DNA from: a virus
Lineage: Duplodnaviria; Caudoviricetes
Virus record (IMG/VR): IMGVR_UViG_3300002185_000031
Coordinates: 10,628-74,627 of that record
Length of the DNA: 64,000 nucleotides
Reading direction: 5' to 3' (one strand)
The notes beneath the pieces are model-generated. The model saw only the letters and a program-made list of their open reading frames with translations. It was not told the DNA's origin and did no database searches. Shown piece after piece: positions 38,579-47,593 of this stretch; within the stretch, counting starts at the first letter, position 1, and each line of letters starts with the position of its first letter. A program made the position numbers and the translations under genes.

Positions 38579-38716
38579 TGTTCCGTTCTCTGATATCTGG
38601 ATGGCACTAAATGAGGCTGATATTGCAATACTGATTTTTTCAGCAATTTTTTGTGGCAGCTCTTGAACTTGCTCTTCAAGAGCTGCTATTCTTTGCTCTA
38701 GTGTCAAATTTTCCAC
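38558..38716 (-). CDS. IS passenger ORF B (52 aa, coiled coil)
   Basis: AGGAGG RBS, GTG start, downstream of the transposase; overlaps ORF A convergently by 21 nt. Confidence 0.65.
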   Translation of the reverse strand: MENLTLEQRIAALEEQVQELPQKIAEKISIAISASFSAIQISENGTSIVFDS

Positions 38717-38728
38717 ATTATCACCTCC

Positions 38729-39649
38729 TTATCCCAAAATACTCTGCTTCAACACCAAACTAAACATATCAAACTTCTTGTTGTTATATCTAAAACAAAA
38801 CTCATCAACATACCTCTGCATATACTTAACAGAAATATGATGGTAAATGCCATACACGCCACGTTTTAGAGTAGCCCAAAAACTTTCAATCGTGTTGGTG
38901 TGAATATCCCCATCAGAAAATGCTTTTGTGTGGTCTATTCTCAGATGAATAAAACTGCTCCTTGCTAACGGGTCATAACCTCTAAACTCATCCGTCATAA
39001 CGGTGTTGTTGTTCTCTTGCTTAGATACCGTTTTCAGTATCTCGATCAACTGTTTTGCCGTAAGGCGTTGCCCCTTATTATTGGGCGAAGTAACTTTGGC
39101 GTAAACTTGCTTGTTGTTCCTATCGACAACACCAACCACAGGTGTTTTGTTTGTTCCTCTGCCTCGCTTGCTTGGAGTGGGCGGTTCGTTGTCGTCATCT
39201 TTGCGGTTTTTCTTGCGTGGCTTGCCACCAACATAAGTTTCGTCAATCTCGACAATAGTGTCGAAAAATTCTTTTTGCTCGGAGTTGCCCATAGCTATGC
39301 GTATTTGTTGTAACATACGCCATGCTGTTTTATAGGTAACACCTATTTCTCTTTGTAGCTGCATTGCTGATATTCCCTTCTTACCATTCAGAAAAAGATG
39401 TATGGCATACATCCATTTGCGCAGGTCTGTTGAGGATTTCTCGAAGATTGTGTTTTTGAAAGGGGAGAAACAATTAACACAACTATTGCACCCAAATACT
39501 TTAGGGCGTTTTGTCTCTTGATATACTTTGGCAGAGCCACAATGATTACAGCATACCCCATCGGGATAACGGACAGTTAAAAAATGGTCAACAACTTTCT
39601 TTTCGGTTGGGAATTTTTTCATAAGCTCTAAAAATGTCATAATAATCAC
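38729..39649 (-). CDS. IS1595 (ISXO2-like) DDE transposase
   Basis: Zn ribbon CxxC..CxxC, VEIDETYVGG, VMTDE, HTNTIESFW..LKRGVYGIYHH..YVDEFCFRYN. Confidence 0.97.
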   Translation of the reverse strand: MIIMTFLELMKKFPTEKKVVDHFLTVRYPDGVCCNHCGSAKVYQETKRPKVFGCNSCVNCFSPFKNTIFEKSSTDLRKWMYAIHLFLNGKKGISAMQLQREIGVTYKTAWRMLQQIRIAMGNSEQKEFFDTIVEIDETYVGGKPRKKNRKDDDNEPPTPSKRGRGTNKTPVVGVVDRNNKQVYAKVTSPNNKGQRLTAKQLIEILKTVSKQENNNTVMTDEFRGYDPLARSSFIHLRIDHTKAFSDGDIHTNTIESFWATLKRGVYGIYHHISVKYMQRYVDEFCFRYNNKKFDMFSLVLKQSILG

Positions 39650-39707
39650 CTCTGTAGTGATTATATCATGATTTTCAAGCTATGTCAAGGGATAATTCAG
39701 TTAAAAT

Positions 39708-40997
39708 TTAACCATACGGAGCTTTTCGCCTATGCTGCGCTGTTGCGTTCATCGTAAAAATGAAATATCTCAATCCGTCCACCTCGTCGTCAGCCTCTTT
39801 TAAGGGCTGCTCTTTGCCATTAATATCAAGCCTATCATTCCAAACATACCGCTCTATTCCTGCAATTAATTCCTTGCAGCAGTCATTGATTTTTACCAAT
39901 CCCAAATAAAAGGCATCTGCTACAGCTCTAATACCCTCACTTACAGCGTTATCCGCTAGGCTCGTGGCATATTTCCCGCCGTTGCTCATTGCTATTCTAA
40001 AATCGGCGGCTGAGGGGTCTATTATGATTCTTTCAACGTTATAGCCATCGAGAAAGGTATTGACCTCACGCCGATACATTTCAGAGTTCATTTGTATTTG
40101 CGTTTTTCTGCCGCTGTGGACGTATTCTTTTATGCAATACCATGTTTTATCTGTTGCGTAGCCCCATAAGAGCATTACAAAACTGTTTTGAGTGCCATAA
40201 TCGCATGAGGCTATATATCGGGTGTAGGTTCTTGGAACGGTTGGCACTATGTTTTTGTTGCCGTTTAGGTCGGTGTCCCAATCGGGATATACACGACCTT
40301 GTGCGCGGCGGCGTAATCCCAGAATGTAACGGTCATACCAGACTGTACCGGGGCGCACCTTGTCAAGCTCTCTCGACAACTCCTCATCGGACACACTGAA
40401 ATTATCGTGAATGGTAAAATGCCCATAATTAAAACCATAATCGGGATTTTGGGCTTGTTTTTCAGCATGGATATTCAAGATTTCTTCATAATACCAGTGA
40501 CTTTCAGCTTCGGGGTTTAAGTCGTGGAAATGCTTAGGGTTTTTGGCTGACATTGTGCGATTGAAGGTCTCTTTTAGGGTTTCTCGTTCTATTTGGTTCG
40601 CCTCGGAACAATAAACACAGCCAAATGTTGCGCCTTGCAATTGTCTTTTGGCTCTGATGTTATTGCCACCGTATATTAATATGATTTTTTCCTCGCCATA
40701 GGCTGTTGTTACATAGAGGGCAGACCGCCCTTTCCATTGCCCCTCTCGGCACCTGCCCGCAAAGTGATATATAATGCCATAACCGTCACAGTCTACTATT
40801 AGCTGCCTTGCGTTTGCTACGCTTGTAGCCATTACCATGTGAAGACGAGCGGGGTTTTTTTCTATTGCGTGGCAAAATGCCATTATGTTTAGTACGTTTT
40901 TACCTGCTCTAACGCCGCCCTCCGCTACGTTTAACCAGTGGGTTTGTGTTTTTTTGTAGTATTCACGGGCTTTTTTGTTGAATGGAGCTAGGGACAT
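39708..40997 (-). CDS. terL: Terminase large subunit (PBSX type)
   Basis: Walker A AEGGVRAGKN, SEAN, DLNP, CDYG, IIDPSA, DDEVDGLRY. Confidence 0.95.
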   Translation of the reverse strand: MSLAPFNKKAREYYKKTQTHWLNVAEGGVRAGKNVLNIMAFCHAIEKNPARLHMVMATSVANARQLIVDCDGYGIIYHFAGRCREGQWKGRSALYVTTAYGEEKIILIYGGNNIRAKRQLQGATFGCVYCSEANQIERETLKETFNRTMSAKNPKHFHDLNPEAESHWYYEEILNIHAEKQAQNPDYGFNYGHFTIHDNFSVSDEELSRELDKVRPGTVWYDRYILGLRRRAQGRVYPDWDTDLNGNKNIVPTVPRTYTRYIASCDYGTQNSFVMLLWGYATDKTWYCIKEYVHSGRKTQIQMNSEMYRREVNTFLDGYNVERIIIDPSAADFRIAMSNGGKYATSLADNAVSEGIRAVADAFYLGLVKINDCCKELIAGIERYVWNDRLDINGKEQPLKEADDEVDGLRYFIFTMNATAQHRRKAPYG

Positions 40998-41122
40998 GGA
41001 ATCACCTCAAATCCCAGCAAAAAACAAAATCCCTTAATTCAAGCTCCCTCGTGGGTTTGCCCCTAACGAATAAGGAGCGAGAGAACCTAAAATAAAGGAT
41101 ATTGTCTTACTTTTGCGGAAAA

Positions 41123-42364
41123 GTCAATCACCCCACGGCTAAAGCCAGGGGCTTGTAAGTAGCCGAAACTAAAGCTCCTACGTTAAGCCAATTGACACAT
41201 GGCTTTACGGCTGATATTTACAGCCGCCACATTGTCCGCTGGGGCAGCGTACCCACAGGAAAGACAACAGAAATTATCCCTTGTTTTACGGTTATTTTTT
41301 TCAACATGACCGCATACAACACAAGTGCGAGAAGTGTTGCGCGGGTCAATTAAGGCAATCGGAACACCTGCTATTTTAGCTTTATAGCTAATGAATTGCC
41401 TTAACTGATAGAACGCCCACGATGATTGTCTGCTACGCTGTGACTTTCTAACCGTTTTCTCGGTACGTAGGCGAATGCCCGATAAATCTTCAAGGGCAAT
41501 ACCTACGCCGAGTGCCTTAGCCTTTTTGACAATCTGTTTGCTTATTACATGATTAGTGTTGCGTACAAAACGCTGCTCTTTCTTAGAACGTTTCTTCAAC
41601 AAACGCTTTGCGGATTTTGTGCCTTTGGATTGCAATTTTGCCCTAAGTTTGGCGTTACGGTTGCGTACAGCATTAACAGCAGAGCCAGAAAAGTTTTCGC
41701 CTGTGCTGTCAGTAGCAAGGTTAGCAATCCCAACGTCAATGCCAAGAAAATCATTACTATCTACTGGCGGTGCTTCTGGCACTTCCACAGCAAGCATGAG
41801 ATAAAAAACACCGTCTTGCAGAATTAAATCTGCTTGCCCACGAACACGGTTGCCATAAAGCAAGCCATGATGATACTTGCCAAGAACTATAGGCACTTTG
41901 ATTCTACCATCAAGCGTAAGAAGTGAGGCGTATTCCATGCCATTAAAAGAAAGTATGCGTTCGTCATACACCATAGCCCCAGTATCTTTGAAAGTATGCA
42001 GAGTTTTCTTATCTGCCTTATAACTTTCAGATACCTTGCCTATAGCACGAACAACCATTTGAGCGGATAGACCAAATTGTTCACGCACATCATAATAGCA
42101 AGCCTTTTGAAGTTTAAATTTAGAGAACGTTCCTAAGTTAAAGGCAACTTTGCTGATATGATTACAGGCTTGGTTAAATCGTTTCATAGTTGCAAGCAAA
42201 GAATTAAACTGTTTTTCATCTGGCACTAATTTAATTTTGAGTGTGCAAATCATCAAATCACCTCAAAATTATTATATCATTATTGAATAATAATGTCAAT
42301 ACATTTGAGAGAGGAAGCCGCTTTCCTCCCCATATCTAAAGATAGGGGCTTCTTGCGGCTATTG
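41123..42364 (-). mobile_element. Non-autonomous IS200/IS605 (IS1341-type) element
   Basis: Subterminal hairpins cccctatctttagatatgggg (left end) and cccctggctttagccgtgggg (right end, ending TTGAC); TCAC 5' of the left end; no tnpA. Ends are inferred. Confidence 0.8.
41183..42256 (-). CDS. tnpB: RNA-guided endonuclease TnpB
   Basis: RuvC triad LGIDVG / IALEDL / ADNVAAVNI; Zn ribbon TSRTCVVCG..CLSCG. Confidence 0.97.
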   Translation of the reverse strand: MMICTLKIKLVPDEKQFNSLLATMKRFNQACNHISKVAFNLGTFSKFKLQKACYYDVREQFGLSAQMVVRAIGKVSESYKADKKTLHTFKDTGAMVYDERILSFNGMEYASLLTLDGRIKVPIVLGKYHHGLLYGNRVRGQADLILQDGVFYLMLAVEVPEAPPVDSNDFLGIDVGIANLATDSTGENFSGSAVNAVRNRNAKLRAKLQSKGTKSAKRLLKKRSKKEQRFVRNTNHVISKQIVKKAKALGVGIALEDLSGIRLRTEKTVRKSQRSRQSSWAFYQLRQFISYKAKIAGVPIALIDPRNTSRTCVVCGHVEKNNRKTRDNFCCLSCGYAAPADNVAAVNISRKAMCQLA

Positions 42365-42383
42365 GTGATATTACAAAACGTCA

Positions 42384-43100
42384 CTAATCAAATGTCATCT
42401 TTCGCTCTGGCACTTCCCCCGTCAAAGCCTCCAAAACAGCTCTCTGGTTAGCCTTTGCGACTTCTACAGCCTCATTTGCATCTATGCCGTATTTGATATT
42501 GGATATCTTAATGCGGTGCATTGTTGATATGGCGTTAGTTTTCTGGGCTTGCACTTTAGAAAGCTCCTTATAAAGCTCCAGCATCCGTTTATCACGGTGT
42601 ACGCTGGTAACTTCTATTAAGTCGGTTGCTGCATCTCTATCTAAACCCTTTGCGCTGCGCACGGTTTCGGGTATCATTGCTATATCTTCACCATTTGGGG
42701 TGATTGCGCCTGTTGGCATAGCCTCTAATTCGTCAATCTGTTTCTGGATTAGCTTTTCTCTGATTTCATAGGCTTTTATCTGCTCTTGCAGGGTTTTGAC
42801 TTCGGAATAAATGACAGTTTGCGAATTATCACTGTCATTTATTGGCTCGTTTCCGATTTTGTCATTAATGACATTAATTCTTTTTGTCACTTTTGGCTTG
42901 TTGTCACGATACCTTTTGTCATTTTTGCGCCTATCGCTCTGTAATCTTTTAGGAGAATCGCCTTCCCATTGGTCAGTAGACTTCCAGTTACGCAATAGGC
43001 TTTCGGACGTATCAAGTTCTATAGCTATTTCCTTGATGGTCATACCTGATTCCCATAATTTAAAGGCATCTTCCCTCCGTGAATCCTTTTTCCGTGGCAC
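42384..43100 (-). CDS. terS: Terminase small subunit
   Basis: N-terminal HTH (AFKLWESGMTIKEIAIEL..LLRNWKSTDQW); upstream of terL. Confidence 0.85.
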   Translation of the reverse strand: MPRKKDSRREDAFKLWESGMTIKEIAIELDTSESLLRNWKSTDQWEGDSPKRLQSDRRKNDKRYRDNKPKVTKRINVINDKIGNEPINDSDNSQTVIYSEVKTLQEQIKAYEIREKLIQKQIDELEAMPTGAITPNGEDIAMIPETVRSAKGLDRDAATDLIEVTSVHRDKRMLELYKELSKVQAQKTNAISTMHRIKISNIKYGIDANEAVEVAKANQRAVLEALTGEVPERKMTFD

Positions 43101-43193
43101 ATAACCACCTCAAATCTATCTAAAGCCATAAGCGGCATCATTTATACATATTAGCATTATACAACGCAAAACTAGGCTTTGTCAAGCATTATA

Positions 43194-43640
43194 TCAATTT
43201 TTTTCAAAGTTTTTTTCAAGCAATATCAAAGCATTTTGATGGAGTTTCCTTACCCATCGGCGGCTAATCCCCAATTTATCTTCAATTTGCGGGTGTTCTA
43301 AGCCTTTGACATAGTATAATATCATCATTTCACGAGTTTTATCATTTGGCAGATTATTGGTAAGATAAGATTTGACTTGAGTTTTTAACCTTGCCCATTC
43401 ATTTAAAAGTTCATCAAATTTTTCAGAATAAAAGGCCGCCTTAGTTATGTTATCTGCCATCCTATCACTGTTGCGTGATTGTTGGACTTTATCATGTGAA
43501 AAACTTGAACTTCGTGGGTTAATAGCTGTTTCACGCCATTTTTCAGCATTTTCACGGGCATCGTTTGATTGAATGAAGAGATACTTTATCTCAAACCTCA
43601 TATCATCTAAATATTCCTTTGCAGTTGAGTATTTCGCCAT
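43194..43640 (-). CDS. RinA/ArpU-like late transcriptional activator
   Basis: MILYYVKGL..IEDKLGISRRWVRKLHQNAL; canonical position before terS. Confidence 0.85.
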   Translation of the reverse strand: MAKYSTAKEYLDDMRFEIKYLFIQSNDARENAEKWRETAINPRSSSFSHDKVQQSRNSDRMADNITKAAFYSEKFDELLNEWARLKTQVKSYLTNNLPNDKTREMMILYYVKGLEHPQIEDKLGISRRWVRKLHQNALILLEKNFEKN

Positions 43641-44270
43641 TTCTTCGCCCTCCTTACATGGTTTCTTTTACTATATCAGAATCAACCATTTTTTTCAAGT
43701 ATCAAATCCACATCATTTTTAGGGGTTCAAGTGTCATTTGGTCAAAATTTTCATGTCATTTATACGTATTTTTATTTCACTACCATTTATTGGAAAATGC
43801 TTATAAACTTTGATTTTAAGCTATTTATCAGATTTTTGCTTGCCAAGTGAAATTAAATTTAAAAACTTCTTAAAACCATAAAACCCTTTAAATATAGCCT
43901 TTTAGCCCTATTTTAATAATATTAAAATATTTATATAAAGATTATTATAAATAATTTATTATTTATAATAAGAGAAATTAAGAGAATAAAGAAAATATAA
44001 GTCTTTTGAAATTCTCAACTTTTTATTAAAAATCCTTACAAATGGCGTAAAATAAGGGTTTTTAAGGGTTTTAAATTCTGTAATCTTTAAAAAGTTGTTT
44101 TGGAAGGTTCAATACAAGAATATTGATTTTAAGCCATTTATAAGCATTTTGGAAAATATTGCAAGTGATTTGAAAAGGGGTGTTTTTTTCGGAGAAATGG
44201 GCAAAAATTTCTCCGAAAAAGCGGGTTATGGACGAAAAAAACGCCCTTTCTCAAAAAAGGCGTTTTTTGG
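43641..44270. other. AT-rich non-coding region (origin-like), paralog of 1-600
   Basis: AT-rich core flanked by GGGTTTT-type repeats. Confidence 0.5.
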
Positions 44271-44278
44271 GGTGGTTT

Positions 44279-44959
44279 TTATCTGAATTTTCGGCGCATT
44301 ATGGAGTGGATATTTGCGCCGATTGGCTTTATTTCAAGGCCGCAATGCTTTAGTTCTTGGGTGAAACGCTTTTTGCCTATGGGAGTGAGCTTGCTTGTTC
44401 TGCACCATGTGACATAGTATTCAAAGGCTGTTTTTAGGGGGATTGCGTTGTCTGCGGGTTCTAAGGTTTCTGTGATAAACCTTGCTATTGCGGGAGCGTA
44501 TTCCTCGTTGGATGGAGCAGCAGCAGTCTTTGATAGGATAGACAGGGCGGGGTTTATGCCTAGTTCTTGAAGGACGTAGGGGAGTTGATATTTGTTGGCT
44601 TTAGTGATGTATTTTAGGCGTGTTTCGGGGTCTAAGGTGTATGAGCCTGTTTTTCTTATGGAGGGGAGGACTTCGGACGTTACCCATTTGCGGAATTTTT
44701 TGGCTTGCGGCTTATTGGAGCGCAAAACGGCAGCATATAGACCTGATTCATTTACTAAAATCATTTCACGCTCTTGTCCACCTGACACTACTTTTTTTCG
44801 GGTCAGCTCATCATCATCTAATCTATCTGCAACACGTCCGACATCTGATAACTTCAAAACTTTGCAAATATCAGCCAACACAAACCACGGCTCACCATTT
44901 AGCCGAACTTCTCTTAAATCGTCAATCCCAAATTGGAATATTGTCACGTTATTCATCAA
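44279..44959 (-). CDS. BRO-N antirepressor fused to a D5/primase-type wHTH
   Basis: PWFVLADICKVL..VNESGLY..AKKFRKWVTSEVLPSIRKTGSY; C-terminus homologous to that of the 37225 Rha. Confidence 0.9.
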   Translation of the reverse strand: MMNNVTIFQFGIDDLREVRLNGEPWFVLADICKVLKLSDVGRVADRLDDDELTRKKVVSGGQEREMILVNESGLYAAVLRSNKPQAKKFRKWVTSEVLPSIRKTGSYTLDPETRLKYITKANKYQLPYVLQELGINPALSILSKTAAAPSNEEYAPAIARFITETLEPADNAIPLKTAFEYYVTWCRTSKLTPIGKKRFTQELKHCGLEIKPIGANIHSIMRRKFR

Positions 44960-45120
44960 ATCAACTCCAAAAATTTTTACTCGAAATACAAAACCGTTTT
45001 TTCATACGCCTTGCCGCCACGATAACAGTGGACAGGGATTGATTACCCTGTAGGCGTATGAAAAAACGGTTTTGTTATCTTTCGGCAATACCATTATACC
45101 GCAAAAGACAAAGTTCGTCA
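44960..45120 (-). promoter_or_regulatory. Promoter (family B) plus structured leader RNA
   Basis: TTGACG-aactttgtcttttgcgg-TATAAT; same fold as 38026-38190. Confidence 0.75.
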
Positions 45121-45132
45121 ACCTATTTCGCA

Positions 45133-45615
45133 CTAACGAAACAAAACAAGCGTTACCTCAATATCCGAACCATTATCCAACTGCCACTGCAAACACGCCT
45201 CAACCGCAATCTGCAAAGCCTCCGCATACGGATATCCATATATCCCCGCCGACAACAGCGGAAAGGCTATGCTTTTTATGTCGGATTCCTTAGCCAACGT
45301 CAGCGCATTGATGTATGTGCCATATAAAAGCTCTTTCGCCTTTTGCGGCTCATACTGCGCATATATCGGGCCGACTGCATGAATGATATACTTTGCGGGT
45401 GTTCCCCAGCTTGGCGTTATTAACGCCTTGCCTGTCTGGATTCCATGATATGGCACTTTATCGCAGATATAATCTTCAAGCCTCTCACCGCCATCTCCTT
45501 GAGCGGCATATATCGCACCACATACGCCTGCGCCTCTTTGCAATTGTGCATTGGCGGCATTAACTATCGCATCAACTTGTACTTTGGTGATATCACCATA
45601 GATTATTTTTAACAT
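45133..45615 (-). CDS. Macrodomain ADP-ribose hydrolase
   Basis: GDITK..DAIVNAAN..GAGVCGAI..IIHAVGP..SIAFPLLSAGIYGYP. Confidence 0.95.
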   Translation of the reverse strand: MLKIIYGDITKVQVDAIVNAANAQLQRGAGVCGAIYAAQGDGGERLEDYICDKVPYHGIQTGKALITPSWGTPAKYIIHAVGPIYAQYEPQKAKELLYGTYINALTLAKESDIKSIAFPLLSAGIYGYPYAEALQIAVEACLQWQLDNGSDIEVTLVLFR

Positions 45616-45665
45616 TTTTTACCTCCTATATTGTCAAAGTTGCACTCATATTCTCATTCCTTTTC

Positions 45666-46148
45666 TCAAAATGGAAATTCAATCACTTCAACCAAACTCA
45701 AATCAATCAAAATTTCATCACGAGTAGCCCCATATCTACGCAAAAAATCAATATCCTGATTTCTCATTCTGTTGATTTCCCAGTCTGCATAATTCCAAGT
45801 ATCTTTCATCTCGTGGAAAAATTGCGCCTTTTGAAGTTCTTCAATTCGTTTTTGGGCGGTTGTTCTATCATGTGTCAATTCTCTTTTCGCAAGCTCTTGG
45901 CTAAAAATTTGAGTTTGCACAGTGTCAATAGCTCTTTGAGCGGAGATTTTGAGTTCGTTAGCCATAACCCAGAGACTTTGTTTAACTTCCCGCCATGCTC
46001 TTTTAAGGGCTGATGCAAAAGTCTTTTCGATTCTGGCAGTGCGCCCGAAAATATCGGTGTTGACTTTATAAAGGCTATGCGCTTTATTCATTACCATTTT
46101 CAATACTTCATTTTTTGCATATTGGGTGTTGTTGACTGTAATTGTCAT
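45666..46148 (-). CDS. Hypothetical early protein
   Basis: First gene after the family-A promoter; FASALKRAW motif. Confidence 0.7.
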   Translation of the reverse strand: MTITVNNTQYAKNEVLKMVMNKAHSLYKVNTDIFGRTARIEKTFASALKRAWREVKQSLWVMANELKISAQRAIDTVQTQIFSQELAKRELTHDRTTAQKRIEELQKAQFFHEMKDTWNYADWEINRMRNQDIDFLRRYGATRDEILIDLSLVEVIEFPF

Positions 46149-46178
46149 TTTGAATCCCCCCTCATCTTTTATATACAC

Positions 46179-46207
46179 ATTATATCATACCTATTACACA
46201 ATGTCAA
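46179..46207 (-). promoter_or_regulatory. Sigma-A promoter, family A
   Basis: TTGACA-ttgtgtaataggtatga-TATAAT. Confidence 0.9.
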
Positions 46208-46224
46208 GGGGTTTTGAAAGTTTT

Positions 46225-46467
46225 TCAATAATTTTCGGGGTATAATTTTTTCAACTTTTCATACATGCCCATAATAAAATCTGGCATAGACTGCCCATTT
46301 TTTTCTGCCGCCGCCGCCAGCGCAGTATCTTCATCATGAGTTAAGGCAATTTGTCGCCTGCGTATACGAGGCGGCGTGTTTCCTGCTACGGTAAGGGCGG
46401 CTCTTTGCGCTCCTTTTACTCGTCTTGGGTCTTTGGGATTTTTAGTTTCTTTGCTCATACCAATCAC
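46225..46467 (-). CDS. Small RHH-like DNA-binding protein
   Basis: RRRQIALTHDEDTALAAAAEKNGQSMPDFI. Confidence 0.65.
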   Translation of the reverse strand: MIGMSKETKNPKDPRRVKGAQRAALTVAGNTPPRIRRRQIALTHDEDTALAAAAEKNGQSMPDFIMGMYEKLKKLYPENY

Positions 46468-47273
46468 CTCCTTAATGCTATTTGTTCGTATTGTTTATCC
46501 TCAAACACTTTATAATCAAGACTATATGGCATATCATTCAGCATTTTTTCTTGTGCTGCTCTACAAAAACTTCGTGACACTTCAAAACCATAACTATTAC
46601 GCCCTAATTCATAAGCCGCCCTCAATGTGCTGCCACTCCCAGCGCAAGGGTCAATCACCACATCACCGATATCTGTGAAAATCTCAATCAATCGCTTTAG
46701 CAGTCTAACACTCTTTTGTGTTGGGTGAATTTTCGGAATATCTTTGCCGTCTTTGTGATACTCAAACCAATTCAATATCATTTTCCCATTATTGCGAAAT
46801 TTGGGCAGTTTGTCACGATACAGAACAAGCCCATATTCTGTTGCCCCAACAATTTTCATGTTAGATTTTAGCACTTGTGCTGATGTTTTCTTGACGAATA
46901 TAAGCGGGATATGGTGATTAAATCCATGCTTTTTAGCTGTTTCAATAACATGATATAACTGTTGAAAACTGCAAAACACAATCATACAAGGAGCAGAATC
47001 AACTTGTTTTGGCTCTTTTTTAAGCAGTTTGTGGCAAAAATGAAAATACTCGTTAATATTGAAATTTTCGTCTGTGAGAAAAAATGATTTGTTTGCCTTA
47101 TCGCTCTCGCCGTTTTTGTTGTCGCCACCTACGTACCATTCGGGGCTTGATGCAAAAGCATTGTTTGATAAATTGTATGGGATAACGGCGATCACGAGTT
47201 GAGCAGGGGGTATGTTGTATCTTTTATAGTTTTGGAAATTATCATTATATAATTCACATTGCAACTCTTTCAT
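46464..47273 (-). CDS. N4/N6 DNA methyltransferase with D-to-V change in catalytic motif IV
   Basis: VIAVIPY (GTT) where DIPY/DPPY is expected; HPTQKSV..VVIDPCAGSGST. Confidence 0.9.
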   Translation of the reverse strand: MKELQCELYNDNFQNYKRYNIPPAQLVIAVIPYNLSNNAFASSPEWYVGGDNKNGESDKANKSFFLTDENFNINEYFHFCHKLLKKEPKQVDSAPCMIVFCSFQQLYHVIETAKKHGFNHHIPLIFVKKTSAQVLKSNMKIVGATEYGLVLYRDKLPKFRNNGKMILNWFEYHKDGKDIPKIHPTQKSVRLLKRLIEIFTDIGDVVIDPCAGSGSTLRAAYELGRNSYGFEVSRSFCRAAQEKMLNDMPYSLDYKVFEDKQYEQIALRR

Positions 47274-47509
47274 ATCGCCACCTCCTTATCAGTCATATCC
47301 TCAACATAATAAGGCGCAAAAGGATTATGTGCCTTATATGCCATCAATGCAAACTTTCTGTCTTTCGTCTTAATAAATTCCTTATCAGGTTTATTGCCGC
47401 CTGTCCATTTGATGATATAATAGTTGTCGTTTTTTATTAATATTGGTTTTCTATCCATATCACCATCCTCCTTTCTCATTAGTATCATCATACCATACCC
47501 ATTACACAA
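47270..47509 (-). CDS. Hypothetical early protein (likely start MDRKP)
   Basis: Follows the family-A promoter at 47487-47515. Confidence 0.6.
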   Translation of the reverse strand: MCNGYGMMILMRKEDGDMDRKPILIKNDNYYIIKWTGGNKPDKEFIKTKDRKFALMAYKAHNPFAPYYVEDMTDKEVAI

Positions 47510-47515
47510 TGTAAA
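47487..47515 (-). promoter_or_regulatory. Sigma-A promoter, family A (left border of island)
   Basis: TTTACA-ttgtgtaatgggtatgg-TATGAT. Confidence 0.8.
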
Positions 47516-47593
47516 GAGATTTTTACAAAATATTTCATAAATTTTTTACCCAACTTTTCAAGCATTTTTAAAAATCGTTACTTATGCGGTTAT

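Larger units (their letters stand above)
38322..39700 (-). mobile_element. IS1595-family insertion sequence, 1379 bp, with passenger ORFs
   Basis: 24-bp TIRs c(g/t)gaattatcccttgacatagctt with 1 mismatch; 8-bp TSD TTAAAATT at 38314-38321 and 39701-39708. Confidence 0.95.

Noticed and set aside
41100-41122. TnpB guide self-targeting the family-B promoters (shared CCGCAAAAG)
   Set aside because: Only ~9 nt match and no TCAC TAM next to those sites.
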